A stretch of 64,000 bases of DNA from Campylobacterota bacterium (GCA_011048515.1 DSDW01000134.1:9496-73495), one strand, 5' to 3'. Positions 9,521 through 19,886 are shown, counted from the first letter of the stretch. Translations and numbers: made by a program. The notes: a model not told the origin generated them from the letters alone.

Positions 9521-11002
9521 ATGGATATTCAAAAGACCGTTTTAATTATCACTGATGGTATCGGGTATAAACCTGAGAGCAAATGCAACGCATTTGAAGA
9601 TGCGATCAAGCCGACCTATGACAAACTTTTTGAGGAGACCTCCAAGGTGCTGATCTCCACACATGGGCTCAGCGTCGGGCTGCCTGAGGGGCAGATGGGG
9701 AACTCCGAAGTGGGACATATGACGATCGGTAGCGGCCGTATCCTCTACCAGGATCTTGTCAAGATCTCTTTGGCACTTGAAGATGGAAGTATTGAAGAGA
9801 ATACAGCGCTGAATGAGATACTGGGTAGAAGCGAGAGAGTGCATTTGATCGGATTGTTGAGTGACGGCGGGGTACACTCGCATATCACGCATACGATCGG
9901 GCTGGCGAAACTTGCGAAGGCAAGAGGAAAGAGAGTCTTTTTGCACCTGATCACCGACGGAAGGGATGTCAGCCCTACCTCTTCAAAAAGCTACATCGAG
10001 CAGATCGAGGCGATCACTGATGAGAATATCTCTATCGCTACGCTCGGCGGGCGTTTTTATACGATGGACAGAGATAACCGCTGGGAGAGGGTTGAAAAAG
10101 GCTACAGAGCCATCGTAGAAGCAGCTCCTGCTACGACGTTCTCTCCGTTGGAGTATGTGGATGCTAGCTATGCGAAAAAAGAGACCGATGAGTTTATCGT
10201 GCCTGTGGCTTTTGAAGGGTATGAAGGTATCGCTGAGGGGGATGCGGTGATCATGACCAATTTCCGTTCGGACAGGGTGCGCCAGATCACTACGGCACTG
10301 GGTGATGCGCAGTTCAGTGAATTTGGCAGAACATTCAAACCCCTGCATATCTCAACGATGACACAGTATGATGCGACATTCCCCTATCCGGTACTCTTCC
10401 CGAAAGAGGCGCCGAAAAACACACTGGCCGAAGTGGTAAGCAGAGCAGGATTGCGTCAGCTTCATACGGCGGAGACTGAGAAGTACGCGCATGTGACATT
10501 TTTCCTCAACGGGGGCGTCGAGGAGCTGATGGAGGGGGAGAGCCGTGTGCTGATCCCGAGCCCTGATGTGAAGACCTATGATATGAAACCGGAGATGTCC
10601 GCTCCCGAGGTAGGCGAAGCAGTACGCACGGCGATGGATGAGGCGTATGACCTTGTGGTGGTGAACTTCGCAAACGGCGATATGGTGGGGCATACGGGTA
10701 ACTATGAGGCCGCATGCAAGGCGGTCAATGCCGTGGATACAGAACTTGGGAAGATCATCGAAAAGGCAAAAGAGAAAAACTATGCGATCGTGCTCACCTC
10801 TGACCACGGGAACTGTGAAGAGATGTTGGACCAGGAGGGACATATCCTGACCAATCACACCGTAGGAGAGGTATGGTGCTGGGTGTTGGCTGATGGTGTA
10901 GAGAAGCTCAAAGAAGGAGGCGGACTTAACAATGTGGCACCGACCGTGCTCAAAGTGATGGGACTGGAGATACCCGAAGAGATGGACGAACCGCTCTTTT
11001 AG
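9521..11002 (+). CDS. gpmI: 2,3-bisphosphoglycerate-independent phosphoglycerate mutase
   Basis: [44 protein letters not shown]; real start ATG 9521 rather than the track's 9272. Confidence 0.96.
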   Translation: MDIQKTVLIITDGIGYKPESKCNAFEDAIKPTYDKLFEETSKVLISTHGLSVGLPEGQMGNSEVGHMTIGSGRILYQDLVKISLALEDGSIEENTALNEILGRSERVHLIGLLSDGGVHSHITHTIGLAKLAKARGKRVFLHLITDGRDVSPTSSKSYIEQIEAITDENISIATLGGRFYTMDRDNRWERVEKGYRAIVEAAPATTFSPLEYVDASYAKKETDEFIVPVAFEGYEGIAEGDAVIMTNFRSDRVRQITTALGDAQFSEFGRTFKPLHISTMTQYDATFPYPVLFPKEAPKNTLAEVVSRAGLRQLHTAETEKYAHVTFFLNGGVEELMEGESRVLIPSPDVKTYDMKPEMSAPEVGEAVRTAMDEAYDLVVVNFANGDMVGHTGNYEAACKAVNAVDTELGKIIEKAKEKNYAIVLTSDHGNCEEMLDQEGHILTNHTVGEVWCWVLADGVEKLKEGGGLNNVAPTVLKVMGLEIPEEMDEPLF

Positions 11003-11137
11003 CATCTTCTCCAAACGCTCCGTTCAACGCTTCTAAACGATGCATTTACAAAGGACCAGATGGCATCGCCCGCCGCAGGAGATCTGCTGCAAGATCTTCT
11101 TTTGTCGATATTCCCGCATCCGTATCTTTTTGAATTA

Positions 11138-11146
11138 TGCTACAAT
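11138..11146 (+). promoter_or_regulatory. extended -10 promoter (TGCTACAAT); identical motif at 11528-11536 before fabG
   Basis: TGn-TACAAT upstream of two consecutive genes. Confidence 0.45.
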
Positions 11147-11177
11147 ATTCAAAAACCAAATAAGAAAGGTGGTACGC

Positions 11178-11519
11178 ATGCAAAAAAAGATCAAAGAATC
11201 AGTCGCCACACTTTTAGCACACATTATTAAGCTCGATGGCAGGGATATAGAGAAAGAAGCACCGCTCTTTTGCAGTATACTCGGTGAAGAGTTTGAGTGC
11301 AGCGAGGCCGAGGGTAAAATACTTCTCAAGGAGCTGATGGATAAGGAGTATGACCTGGATCATCATATCCGGATCATCAAACAGGCACTCTGCGAAGACA
11401 GGATCTCCAAATACCATCTGATGGAGCAGCTGAACCGTATCATCTACTCGGACAAGATCACGCCGGAGGATTACGAGTTTTTTGAGAAACTCAAAAATGA
11501 GTTATTTGAGTCTCATTAA
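11178..11519 (+). CDS. hypothetical protein, TerB-like fold
   Basis: 113 aa from ATG 11178 with AAGGTGG RBS; LAHIIKLDG...IIYSDKIT pattern resembles TerB-type helical proteins. Confidence 0.55.
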   Translation: MQKKIKESVATLLAHIIKLDGRDIEKEAPLFCSILGEEFECSEAEGKILLKELMDKEYDLDHHIRIIKQALCEDRISKYHLMEQLNRIIYSDKITPEDYEFFEKLKNELFESH

Positions 11520-11562
11520 GCGCTTCATGCTACAATATCGCAAAGATTTGTAAGGAAGTATA

Positions 11563-12306
11563 ATGAAATTTAGCGGGAATAATGTACTCGTGACCGGAGC
11601 AAGCAGAGGGATCGGTGCACAGATAGCGAAAACACTGGCGCAGATGGGACTGAAGGTATGGATCAACTACCGAAGCGGAGAAGCGGAAGCGAATACGGTA
11701 AAAGCAGCGATCGAAGCAGAAGGCGGCAGGGCTGAGGTGATCGGGTTTGACGTGAGCGATGAAGAGGCTTTTGTAGAGGCGATCAAACGTATCTTGGAAG
11801 AGGATGGGGAGCTGAGCTATCTTGTCAATAACGCCGGGATCACCAAAGACGGTCTGGCGATGAGAATGAAAACGGAACAGTTCATGGATGTGATCAACGC
11901 GAACCTGAAGTCGACATTCATCGGGTGCAGAGAAGCGCTGAAGGTGATGGGCAAAAAACGTTTCGGATCGGTAGTCAATATCGCATCGATCGTAGGCGAG
12001 ACGGGAAATGCAGGCCAGACCAACTACGCTGCAAGCAAAGGCGGGACGATCGCAATGACCAAATCTTTCGCCCAGGAGGCAGCATCGAGAGGTATCAGAT
12101 ACAACACGATCACTCCGGGGTTCATCGCCACAGAGATGACAGATGTGCTCAAAGAGGAGATCAAAGAAGCCTTTGTTTCCAAGATCCCGATGGGAAGATT
12201 CGGTGAGGCCAAAGAGGTCGCTGATGCCGTAGCATTCCTGCTCTCTGACCACTCCTCCTATATCACCGGAGAAACCCTAAAAGTAAACGGCGGAATGTAT
12301 ATGTGA
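11563..12306 (+). CDS. fabG: 3-oxoacyl-ACP reductase
   Basis: VTGASRGIG, VNNAGITKD, GNAGQTNYAASK (YxxxK). Confidence 0.96.
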   Translation: MKFSGNNVLVTGASRGIGAQIAKTLAQMGLKVWINYRSGEAEANTVKAAIEAEGGRAEVIGFDVSDEEAFVEAIKRILEEDGELSYLVNNAGITKDGLAMRMKTEQFMDVINANLKSTFIGCREALKVMGKKRFGSVVNIASIVGETGNAGQTNYAASKGGTIAMTKSFAQEAASRGIRYNTITPGFIATEMTDVLKEEIKEAFVSKIPMGRFGEAKEVADAVAFLLSDHSSYITGETLKVNGGMYM

Positions 12307-12436
12307 GACCCGTTAAGCAAATGACACCTGCGTGTCATTTGTAGGGTCGAAACCGAAGCGGTGGAGCAAAGCGACCCGCGGAGGCAGAAGGACCCGTTAA
12401 GCAAATGACACCTGCGTGTCATTTACAGGGTCGAAA
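12307..12436. repeat. two 46-nt palindromic direct repeats (REP-like) at a convergent gene junction
   Basis: 12307-12352 and 12391-12436 differ at 2 positions; internal stem CAAATGACAC/GTGTCATTTG; 38-nt spacer. Confidence 0.85.
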
Positions 12437-12437
12437 A

Positions 12438-13091
12438 TCAACCCCTCTTTCCTCTCACAAAATACCAGATCAGGACAATCACGGCAGCAATGGAAAGCAC
12501 CATAATGAGTGCATCACTGTAGACAATAAGCGTCGCTTCAAAGTTTTTGATAAAGTAGGTCCATAGGATAATGGCTATGAATGTACTGAAGAGGACAGCT
12601 GCAAGCGTGGTTAGATGGGGAAGCCCCATAAGATAGCCTACGAAGCTGCCTACCACAGGTCCTGTCATCGCAAAAGGTGTGAGTACAAAAAATACCAGAC
12701 CTATGATGCCATACTTCCGAATCATTGGCTGATACTTCTCCGCATTCTTTTGGGAGCGCATGAAAAAGTCGTTTAACGGTTTATAGGAAACCACGTGAAG
12801 GCTTCTCCAGCTGAGCACAAAAAGCGGATAGAGTATCAATACCATAATCGATTCAATGAATAGGTTAAACGCGATAAGCAGGGCAGTATCCACCTGTGAA
12901 GAGATACCGATGGAAAGTCCGGCCATTCTTCCAAAAATAATATTTGATGCCGTCATACTCAGCAGTATATTGAGCCTGTCCGGCCAAAAGTAAGCACTTA
13001 TCGCCAGGAGAATCAAAAATATGGCAAGCAGGAAAAGCCCGAATGCCAGGATCTTTCCCTCAAAATGTTTCAAAAAATTCTCTTTTCCCAC
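12438..13091 (-). CDS. small multi-drug export family membrane protein
   Basis: Multi-TM; YGIIGLVFFVLTPFAMTGPVVGSFVGYLMG matches this family's motif. Confidence 0.7.
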   Translation of the reverse strand: MGKENFLKHFEGKILAFGLFLLAIFLILLAISAYFWPDRLNILLSMTASNIIFGRMAGLSIGISSQVDTALLIAFNLFIESIMVLILYPLFVLSWRSLHVVSYKPLNDFFMRSQKNAEKYQPMIRKYGIIGLVFFVLTPFAMTGPVVGSFVGYLMGLPHLTTLAAVLFSTFIAIILWTYFIKNFEATLIVYSDALIMVLSIAAVIVLIWYFVRGKRG

Positions 13092-13243
13092 TTCGCAAAA
13101 TACCTTTCAATGTGTTAGAGATATTATAGCCAACAGGTGCGGAAAATTTTATTATTTTTATAAGCAGCGGGTATGAATACCTTTTCAGTTAAGAAACAAG
13201 TTTGGTTATAATGTTACGATGCTTATGGATTGAAAGGAGAGTG

Positions 13244-13906
13244 ATGGCGGTTCGGGTTCTTATACTGGAAGATGATAAGCTTTTCAATGAGACACTTCAG
13301 GATTTTCTGGAGGAAGAGGGCTATCTGCTGGATGCGGTGATGGATCCCTATTCGGCACTGGACCTCACCTATGAGAATAGGTACGATATCTATCTTTTTG
13401 ATGTGAATCTCCCTTATGAGAGCGGATTTGACCTCCTAGGCAAACTGCGCAGTGCGGGGGATATGACGCCGACGATATTTCTGACCTCCCGGGAGGATAA
13501 GGAGTCGCTTGCTGAAGGGTTTGGCATGGGTGCGGATGATTACATGAAAAAGCCCATCGATTTCGATGAACTTCAGCTACGTATCGATGCGCTGCTTCGC
13601 AGACAGACACGAACCCGAAGTCTCAGGATCGGTGAGTATGTCCTTGATGTGAAGAACAAGATACTTTTTTATCAGGGAGAAGAGGTTGAGCTGACGATCA
13701 AGGTGATAGAGCTGCTGATGCTTTTCGTGCAGTCCAAAGGGGATGTGGTCACCAATACTTTTATCAAAGAACAGCTCTGGACGGCCAACCAGATGCCAAG
13801 CGACGGTTCGATACGTGTCTATGTGACACAGCTGAAAAAACTTTTCCCCGAACATATCACCAACATCCGGGGAGTCGGATATAGATTTGAGGATCCTGAT
13901 GCATAA
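13244..13906 (+). CDS. OmpR-family response regulator
   Basis: LILEDD, LFDVNLP, FLTS, GADDYMKKP, C-terminal winged helix IRVYVTQLKK...NIRGVGY. Confidence 0.95.
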   Translation: MAVRVLILEDDKLFNETLQDFLEEEGYLLDAVMDPYSALDLTYENRYDIYLFDVNLPYESGFDLLGKLRSAGDMTPTIFLTSREDKESLAEGFGMGADDYMKKPIDFDELQLRIDALLRRQTRTRSLRIGEYVLDVKNKILFYQGEEVELTIKVIELLMLFVQSKGDVVTNTFIKEQLWTANQMPSDGSIRVYVTQLKKLFPEHITNIRGVGYRFEDPDA

Positions 13907-14738
13907 GCGGGTAGTATGGGGGACGCTGATCTATGTGATCAGCATAGGCTTTTTCCTGGGGTTTATCTACCATATGCTCACCACATGGGAGAGTTTTGCA
14001 GAAATCTACCTTTGGGTATCACTGATACTTTTGCTTTTTGGCGCGATGTTCGGATATGTCTTTATCTCTACGCTTCTGGCACATCATAAAAGGATCGATG
14101 AGAATCTCTCTCAGCTCACCAAAGAGATACTCCATGAACTCAATATCCCGCTTGCGACGATCCAGGCCAATACAAAACTGATCGCCAGAAAACTGGATGA
14201 TCCGAAGAGTCTGGAACGTATCGCGCGTATCGATGCATCTTCCAAAAGGCTTGAGAGGCTTTACCGGGAACTTGCCTATAGCATCAAAAAAGAGTTCCAG
14301 CCCATCGAAAAAGAGTGTTTTGATCTGAGGAAAGTGCTGGAAGAGAGGGTAGCTGTCTTTGAAGCGTTCGACCGCAATGCCTTTGTACTGGAGGTAGAAA
14401 GCTACAGGGTCACGGCAGATAAGATAGGATTTGAGAAGATGATAGACAATATCTTGATGAATGCGATGAAGTATTCCTCCAAAGATACACCTGTGACATT
14501 GCGCTTGACTCGGGATACTTTGAGTATCAGTGACCAGGGAGTCGGGATGAGCGAGACGGAGCTGCTGAAGATCTACGAGCGCTACTATCAGGCAGACAGC
14601 AGTAAAGAGGGGGAGGGCATAGGCCTTGCACTGGTAAAATCCTACTGTGACAGTGAAGGTATCGATATCCAGATAAAATCACAAAAAAATGTGGGGACCA
14701 CGGTGTTTCTCAATCTCAAAAAGATCAGTTCACACTAA
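13899..14738 (+). CDS. sensor histidine kinase
   Basis: ILHELNIPL H-box, DNILMNAMKYS N-box, SDQGVGM, GEGIGLALVK; 2 TM with almost no periplasmic loop. Confidence 0.93.
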   Translation: MHKRVVWGTLIYVISIGFFLGFIYHMLTTWESFAEIYLWVSLILLLFGAMFGYVFISTLLAHHKRIDENLSQLTKEILHELNIPLATIQANTKLIARKLDDPKSLERIARIDASSKRLERLYRELAYSIKKEFQPIEKECFDLRKVLEERVAVFEAFDRNAFVLEVESYRVTADKIGFEKMIDNILMNAMKYSSKDTPVTLRLTRDTLSISDQGVGMSETELLKIYERYYQADSSKEGEGIGLALVKSYCDSEGIDIQIKSQKNVGTTVFLNLKKISSH

Positions 14739-14760
14739 ATTAACACTCGCGTTATATAAT
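14729..14760 (+). promoter_or_regulatory. putative OmpR-type box (TTCACAC-N4-TTAACAC) and TATAAT -10
   Basis: Direct repeat with 11-bp period at 14729-14746, TATAAT at 14755-14760; a similar box precedes the TonB-dependent receptor. Confidence 0.55.
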
Positions 14761-14792
14761 CTGATCATTGAAAAAATTCAAGGGGGTATAAT

Positions 14793-15521
14793 GTGGCAAT
14801 TAAAAAATTATTTTATAAAGGGATAAGTGGCATTAGCGTAGGATTGATGCTAAGTGCATGTGGAGGAGGAAGTCAAACGAGTGATCCTGATCCCTCTGCA
14901 TCTTCTATCACTTTGCCAGTGAATGTGAGGGATGCACTTTTGGCACCTATGTCATCACTTACGCAGGAACTTAATGACTCCATTGCATACATGTATAGTG
15001 AAGAGAAGCTTGCAAAAGAGCTCTATCTTAATATCTATGAACATCAGAGTGTGATACAGCTTAAAAATATTGCGACGAATTCAGAGGTGAAGCATACGGA
15101 AGCAGTGAATCAGCTGGCAGCCAAATATGATCTTAATATCACAAAATACCCTGATACTGAACCGCCATACCTGTTAGCTGATATCGAAAAGTATGGCTCG
15201 GGAGTCTATCCTGTAGAACCTATCCAGGAGCTGTATGACAATCTTTATGACAAGGGGATCGCGTCGCAAAAAAATGCATTGGAAGTAGGGTGTATCGTTG
15301 AAGTCACAGATATCAATGATCTTGATGCTTATATTGTACAGGCAGAGGCATCTTCTGCGACGGATGTACTAGAGATATTCGAGTGGTTACGTAACGGAAG
15401 TTATAAACATTACTGGGCATTTGACAAAGGTTTGAAGGATATGAATATTGTGGAGGGATGTTGTTCCATTGGAGAGTTGGAGGGGGTGAATTATTGTCAT
15501 CCTGAATATCCAAAAAACTAA
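14793..15521 (+). CDS. DUF2202 (ferritin-like) lipoprotein
   Basis: Lipobox LSAC; EEKLAKELY, SEVKH, VGCIVEVTDINDL, GSYKHYWAF. Confidence 0.8.
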   Translation: MAIKKLFYKGISGISVGLMLSACGGGSQTSDPDPSASSITLPVNVRDALLAPMSSLTQELNDSIAYMYSEEKLAKELYLNIYEHQSVIQLKNIATNSEVKHTEAVNQLAAKYDLNITKYPDTEPPYLLADIEKYGSGVYPVEPIQELYDNLYDKGIASQKNALEVGCIVEVTDINDLDAYIVQAEASSATDVLEIFEWLRNGSYKHYWAFDKGLKDMNIVEGCCSIGELEGVNYCHPEYPKN

Positions 15522-15576
15522 AATGATGGAGGCATAGATTACTTTTGTTATAATGCGCTTCAAAAAAAGAGGTTAT

Positions 15577-16302
15577 GTGTCTAAAAATCGGTATTTACTC
15601 TCCTTTCTGGTAACAAGTTTTTTATATGCAACGATGGGATATTTGCTTTTTTATCTTTCAGAGACGACCAGCATTTCGGAACAGAAATCCCCCGTAAAAA
15701 CGATCGCCATGAGCGTTTATGCATTCCAGCCGGAAGTCGTGGAAGAAAAACCTGAACCGCCAAAAGAAGAGCCGACACCGGAACCGGAACCAGAGCCGAC
15801 ACCAGAACCTGAACCGGAGCCGGAGCTTCTACCCGTAGAGTCTCCAAAACCTGCACCTCTTGTAAAAAAAGAGGAGATCAAAAAACCGGAAGTCAAAAAG
15901 GTAAAAGAGGAGAAACCAAAAGAGAAACCTAAGAAGGCAGCGAAAAAGCATCCTGTGAAACTTCAGCCTACAGAGAAAATAAGTGCACGCAAAAGTACCC
16001 AGAAACAGCAGAGCACGGCAGCGGAGAAAAATCTTTTTCTTGCCAAGGTACGAGACCGTATCAACCAGCACAAGAGCTATCCGCGTATGGCAAAACGCCG
16101 CGGGATGGAAGGGAGTGTCAAGGTCGATTTTACGATCCTGGCAAACGGCAATGTCTCCGGCATTATGGTAAGCGGCCCCAAAGCGTTTCATGCTTCAGCC
16201 AAAGAGGCTGTAGAGAAGGCTTTCCCTGTCTCCGTCAAAAATATACCGATCACACTGCCGCAAAAAGTTTCCATTACACTCCACTATACCCTCAGTAGAT
16301 AG
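15577..16302 (+). CDS. tonB: energy transducer TonB
   Basis: N-terminal TM, Pro/Glu repeats (EPTPEPEPEP), C-terminal YPRMAKRRGMEGSVKVDF. Confidence 0.9.
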   Translation: MSKNRYLLSFLVTSFLYATMGYLLFYLSETTSISEQKSPVKTIAMSVYAFQPEVVEEKPEPPKEEPTPEPEPEPTPEPEPEPELLPVESPKPAPLVKKEEIKKPEVKKVKEEKPKEKPKKAAKKHPVKLQPTEKISARKSTQKQQSTAAEKNLFLAKVRDRINQHKSYPRMAKRRGMEGSVKVDFTILANGNVSGIMVSGPKAFHASAKEAVEKAFPVSVKNIPITLPQKVSITLHYTLSR

Positions 16303-16349
16303 TCCAAAGCGCAACAGACTCTCTGCTATCTGAAAAGTTAAACCAAAAA

Positions 16350-16367
16350 TTAACAGTGATTTAACAC
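16350..16367 (+). promoter_or_regulatory. putative OmpR-type box TTAACAG-N4-TTAACAC
   Basis: 11-bp-period direct repeat 45 bp upstream of the receptor start. Confidence 0.5.
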
Positions 16368-16411
16368 TTTTGTGTTTTACTTATAAGGATTTAAAATAAG
16401 GAGGATAAGAA

Positions 16412-18400
16412 ATGAAGAAGATAATAGGCCTTTCGCTCTTTGCGGCAATGGTAGTACAGGCCGCACCGGCGGTGCTGGATGAGATCGAGGTAGAGGAGAA
16501 AATCGATACTGAGGTGATCAGCGATGTGAGCGGGGAGGAGATCAAATCCGCGGATTTGGCAGATGCGCTTTTCAAGCAGTCACCCAGTGTGGCACTGGTA
16601 CGCCGAAGCGGGATTTCAAACGATGTCATCATCAGGGGGCAGAAGAAGGATAATATCAACGTTACGATCGATGGAGCAAAGGTGTGTGGCGCCTGCCCGA
16701 ACAGGATGGACCCTCCTATCTCTCATGTGGCGACCAATAATATCGATTATATAGAGATCAATGAAGGGCCGTTCAATGTCGAGGATTTCGGCAGTTTAAG
16801 TGCAAATGTGCAGGTCAATACACTGAAGCCCTCCAAAGAGTTCACCGGGGAAGTGGGTGTGAATGTCGGAAGCTGGGACTACAAAAAGGGATACTTCAAC
16901 GCAAGCGGAGGGACGGATGATGTAAGATTCCTGCTCAGCGCCTCAACAGAGAAAGGCGGACAGTACGAGGATGGTGATGGTAACACATTTGCCGAGCAGC
17001 AGGATGCCTATATCGCTGATCACAATTCTTCAGCAGGTATGGCCTACCTTCCGACGAAGCGGGAGATGGATGCTTTTGAAAAACAAACGCTGATGGCAAA
17101 ACTTTTTTGGGATATCACCGATACCCAGGAGCTGAGACTGGGGTATACGGCAAACAGGACCGATAATGTGCTCTATCCGAATACACCGATGGATGCGATC
17201 TATGACGACAGCGACATCTATACGCTGGAGTATATCGCCAAAGATCTGGGGGAGTACTCGAAAAAACTTTCTGTGAACCTCTATCAGACAGAAGTAGACC
17301 ACCCCATGTCAAACGAATATAGAAAGTCATCCGCAAAAGGGGTCATGACACACCATCTGACCACCAAAATGCAGGGGGCGAAACTCAAAAACGAGTTTGA
17401 TGTAGAGAACCATGCCCTTACAGCCGGACTGGACTACAGCCTGAGAAACTGGGACGGGAATTATCTCATGCCCAACGGTGCATCAAAACACAGTATCTGG
17501 GATGTCGATACGGAGAATATCGCCCTGTTTGTCAAAGACAAGGTGAAGGTAGGCAAGTTCGAGATCGATCTCGGTCTGAGATATGACGATACGGAAGTGA
17601 GTACCGCGGATACGAACAGCAGTGTTCCGACAAGAAGCTACAATGCCTTAAGCGGGAATATGCTGGCGACCTACCATGCAGACTTCACGACGAAGTATTT
17701 TGTCGGTGCGGGGGTTGCCCACAGGGTACCGGACGGACGAGAGCTCTATTATTATGATAAAGGCGGTCAAAGAATAGGAAACTTTGATCTGGATATGGTG
17801 ACCAACAGAGAGGTCGATATCGGTCTGGAGAAGAAATATGAAAACGCTGTCGCAAAAGTGAAACTCTTCTACAGCCATCTGGATAACTTTATCGCCTATA
17901 ACTCGCTTCACAACAGTTTTGACAACATCGATGCAAGGATATGGGGATTTGATCTCAGCGGGAGCTACTTTGCGACAGAGTCACTCTCTTTTGACCTCGG
18001 TCTCTCCTATCAAAACGGAAAGAAACTTGATACGCCGGCAGGACAGAGCGACAAAGACCTTCCTGAGATCCCGCCTTTCAAGGCTAACCTGGCTGTGAAT
18101 TATGCCGTGGATCCAAGCCTGCTGCTCAAAGCGGAAGTTGTTGCGGCAGATGCGTGGACGAGCTTTGACGCGGAAAACGGAGAGCAGAAGCTTGATGCGT
18201 ACGGCGTGCTGAACCTGAAGGGGACGAAAACATTCGGGGACAATATCGAACTGACCGTTGGTGTGGATAATGTGTTTGACTCTACCTACGCGGTATCCAA
18301 TACCTATAGAGACCTGACATTGATCTTCGGGGGCGGGGATGTGATGCTGCTCAATGAGCCCGGACGTTATTTCTATACGAATCTCAGCTACAAATTTTAG
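16412..18400 (+). CDS. TonB-dependent receptor, OprC/NosA-like copper type
   Basis: Plug ACPNRMDPP (CxxxM) and DHPM (HxM), matching the OprC copper site; C-terminal EPGRYFYTNLSYKF. Confidence 0.85.
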   Translation: MKKIIGLSLFAAMVVQAAPAVLDEIEVEEKIDTEVISDVSGEEIKSADLADALFKQSPSVALVRRSGISNDVIIRGQKKDNINVTIDGAKVCGACPNRMDPPISHVATNNIDYIEINEGPFNVEDFGSLSANVQVNTLKPSKEFTGEVGVNVGSWDYKKGYFNASGGTDDVRFLLSASTEKGGQYEDGDGNTFAEQQDAYIADHNSSAGMAYLPTKREMDAFEKQTLMAKLFWDITDTQELRLGYTANRTDNVLYPNTPMDAIYDDSDIYTLEYIAKDLGEYSKKLSVNLYQTEVDHPMSNEYRKSSAKGVMTHHLTTKMQGAKLKNEFDVENHALTAGLDYSLRNWDGNYLMPNGASKHSIWDVDTENIALFVKDKVKVGKFEIDLGLRYDDTEVSTADTNSSVPTRSYNALSGNMLATYHADFTTKYFVGAGVAHRVPDGRELYYYDKGGQRIGNFDLDMVTNREVDIGLEKKYENAVAKVKLFYSHLDNFIAYNSLHNSFDNIDARIWGFDLSGSYFATESLSFDLGLSYQNGKKLDTPAGQSDKDLPEIPPFKANLAVNYAVDPSLLLKAEVVAADAWTSFDAENGEQKLDAYGVLNLKGTKTFGDNIELTVGVDNVFDSTYAVSNTYRDLTLIFGGGDVMLLNEPGRYFYTNLSYKF

Positions 18401-18408
18401 GAGGGGAT

Positions 18409-19143
18409 ATGAACAAGGTTTTACTGATCGCGGGGGCACTGCTGGCACTCTCAAGCTTCTCCTATGCGGAGATGAAGTGCGGCGCGGGTAAATGCGGAGA
18501 GAAGATGCAGGAGCCAAAACCCAAGAAAATGATGCAGATGTTTCAGAGCGTTTCCCCCTCTGAAGCCACGCTGCTGCAAAAAGGTGATGCCAAGGTATTT
18601 TGTCCGAACTGCGGCATGAACCTTCCGATGTACTACAAGACCAACCATGCGGCCACCATTAACGGCGAGGTCAAACAGTACTGCTCGATACACTGCCTGG
18701 CAGAGGATATCGAAAGGGGTCTCAAGCCGACAGAGATCAAAGTCGTGGATGTCAGCAGCCTGAAGTTCATTGATGCCAAGAAGGCGCATTATGTTGTGGG
18801 AAGCAGCCAAAGAGGTACGATGAGCATGATCAGCAAATATGCCTTTGCCGATAAGACAGAGGCGGAAGCTTTTGTAGGTCTCTATGGCGGAGAGGTGACC
18901 GATTTTGACGGAGCGCTCCAAAAAGCGATGCAGGATTTCCAGAATGACGTGACTATGGTTGAGCAGAAACGTGACGAGATGCGCAAGATGGGAAAAGAGC
19001 TCTACCACGACAAGTGTCAGAAAACAGACAAAATGTTCGGCTCGGTTGCCGAAGCAAAAGCGTTTATCCTGAGTGATAAACTCTGCGAAGGACTCAATCC
19101 CAAGCAGTTGCAGGCTGTCGGGCTCTATCTGCAAAGCAGATAG
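18409..19143 (+). CDS. NosL-family protein with N-terminal KCGAGKCG motif
   Basis: Signal peptide; CPNCGM, YCSIHC, AHYVVGS, YAFADKTEAEAF. Confidence 0.82.
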   Translation: MNKVLLIAGALLALSSFSYAEMKCGAGKCGEKMQEPKPKKMMQMFQSVSPSEATLLQKGDAKVFCPNCGMNLPMYYKTNHAATINGEVKQYCSIHCLAEDIERGLKPTEIKVVDVSSLKFIDAKKAHYVVGSSQRGTMSMISKYAFADKTEAEAFVGLYGGEVTDFDGALQKAMQDFQNDVTMVEQKRDEMRKMGKELYHDKCQKTDKMFGSVAEAKAFILSDKLCEGLNPKQLQAVGLYLQSR

Positions 19144-19203
19144 ATGTTACACTACATCCCAAAAAAAAGCGGGTTTCTCTCCCCGCTCCCCAAAAGGTTC
19201 CCT

Positions 19204-19872
19204 ATGAAAAAAACCATTCTGATTCTCTCTATACTTTTATATCCTCTCATTGCCGGTGAGCCAAGCCAGGCCAAAGTGATCAACCTTACACAGAAGGGGG
19301 AGAAGATTGCCAAAAGCCTTTGCGATACCGATAAGCTGCCCGATGCTACAGGGACGATCGACCAGCTGATCGAAAAGATCAAAAAGTCTCAGGCATGCCC
19401 GCCTCTTTCGAAAGATAAACTCGAAGCGGTTGCCTACTATCTCAGCAACGGAAGCATGAAGGATATCAAAGGGCACCTGCATGTACCGGAAAACGCCAAA
19501 TGCCCGGTATGCGGGATGTTCGTTGCCAAGTATCCCAAATGGGCCGCTTCGATCACCTATGAGGGGAAAACCTACTACTTTGACGGGGTAAAGGATATGA
19601 TGAAGTATTATATCTTTGACGGAAATTTTCCTTTTGACCGGGAGAGCATCAAGGAGATGAAAGTGACAGATTACTATACACTCGAAGCGATCGATGCCAG
19701 TGAAGCATTTTATGTCTATGACGCCAACGTTTACGGACCGATGGGGAGGGAACTGATCCCTTTCAAAACGCTTGAAAGCGCTGAGACATTCAACGCGGAT
19801 CACCAGGGAAAGAAGATCCTGCGTTTTTATGAGATCACCGATGCGATGGTGATGGCACTGGACGGACTGTGA
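19204..19872 (+). CDS. NosL-family protein
   Basis: CPVCGM, YFDGVKDM, GPMGRELIPF...AETFNADHQG. Confidence 0.85.
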   Translation: MKKTILILSILLYPLIAGEPSQAKVINLTQKGEKIAKSLCDTDKLPDATGTIDQLIEKIKKSQACPPLSKDKLEAVAYYLSNGSMKDIKGHLHVPENAKCPVCGMFVAKYPKWAASITYEGKTYYFDGVKDMMKYYIFDGNFPFDRESIKEMKVTDYYTLEAIDASEAFYVYDANVYGPMGRELIPFKTLESAETFNADHQGKKILRFYEITDAMVMALDGL

Positions 19873-19886
19873 GAGGAAGTTTCGGG

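Noticed and set aside
11003-11137. Possible small RNA or peptide in the gpmI downstream spacer
   Set aside because: Only a 28-codon minus-strand ORF without an RBS and weak stems; nothing supportable.
12307-12436. CRISPR array
   Set aside because: Only two repeats, no cas genes or leader, and the spacer can pair with the repeat; kept as a REP-like repeat.
15765-15830. Tandem DNA repeats in tonB
   Set aside because: Ordinary Pro-Glu linker of TonB; protein-level low complexity.
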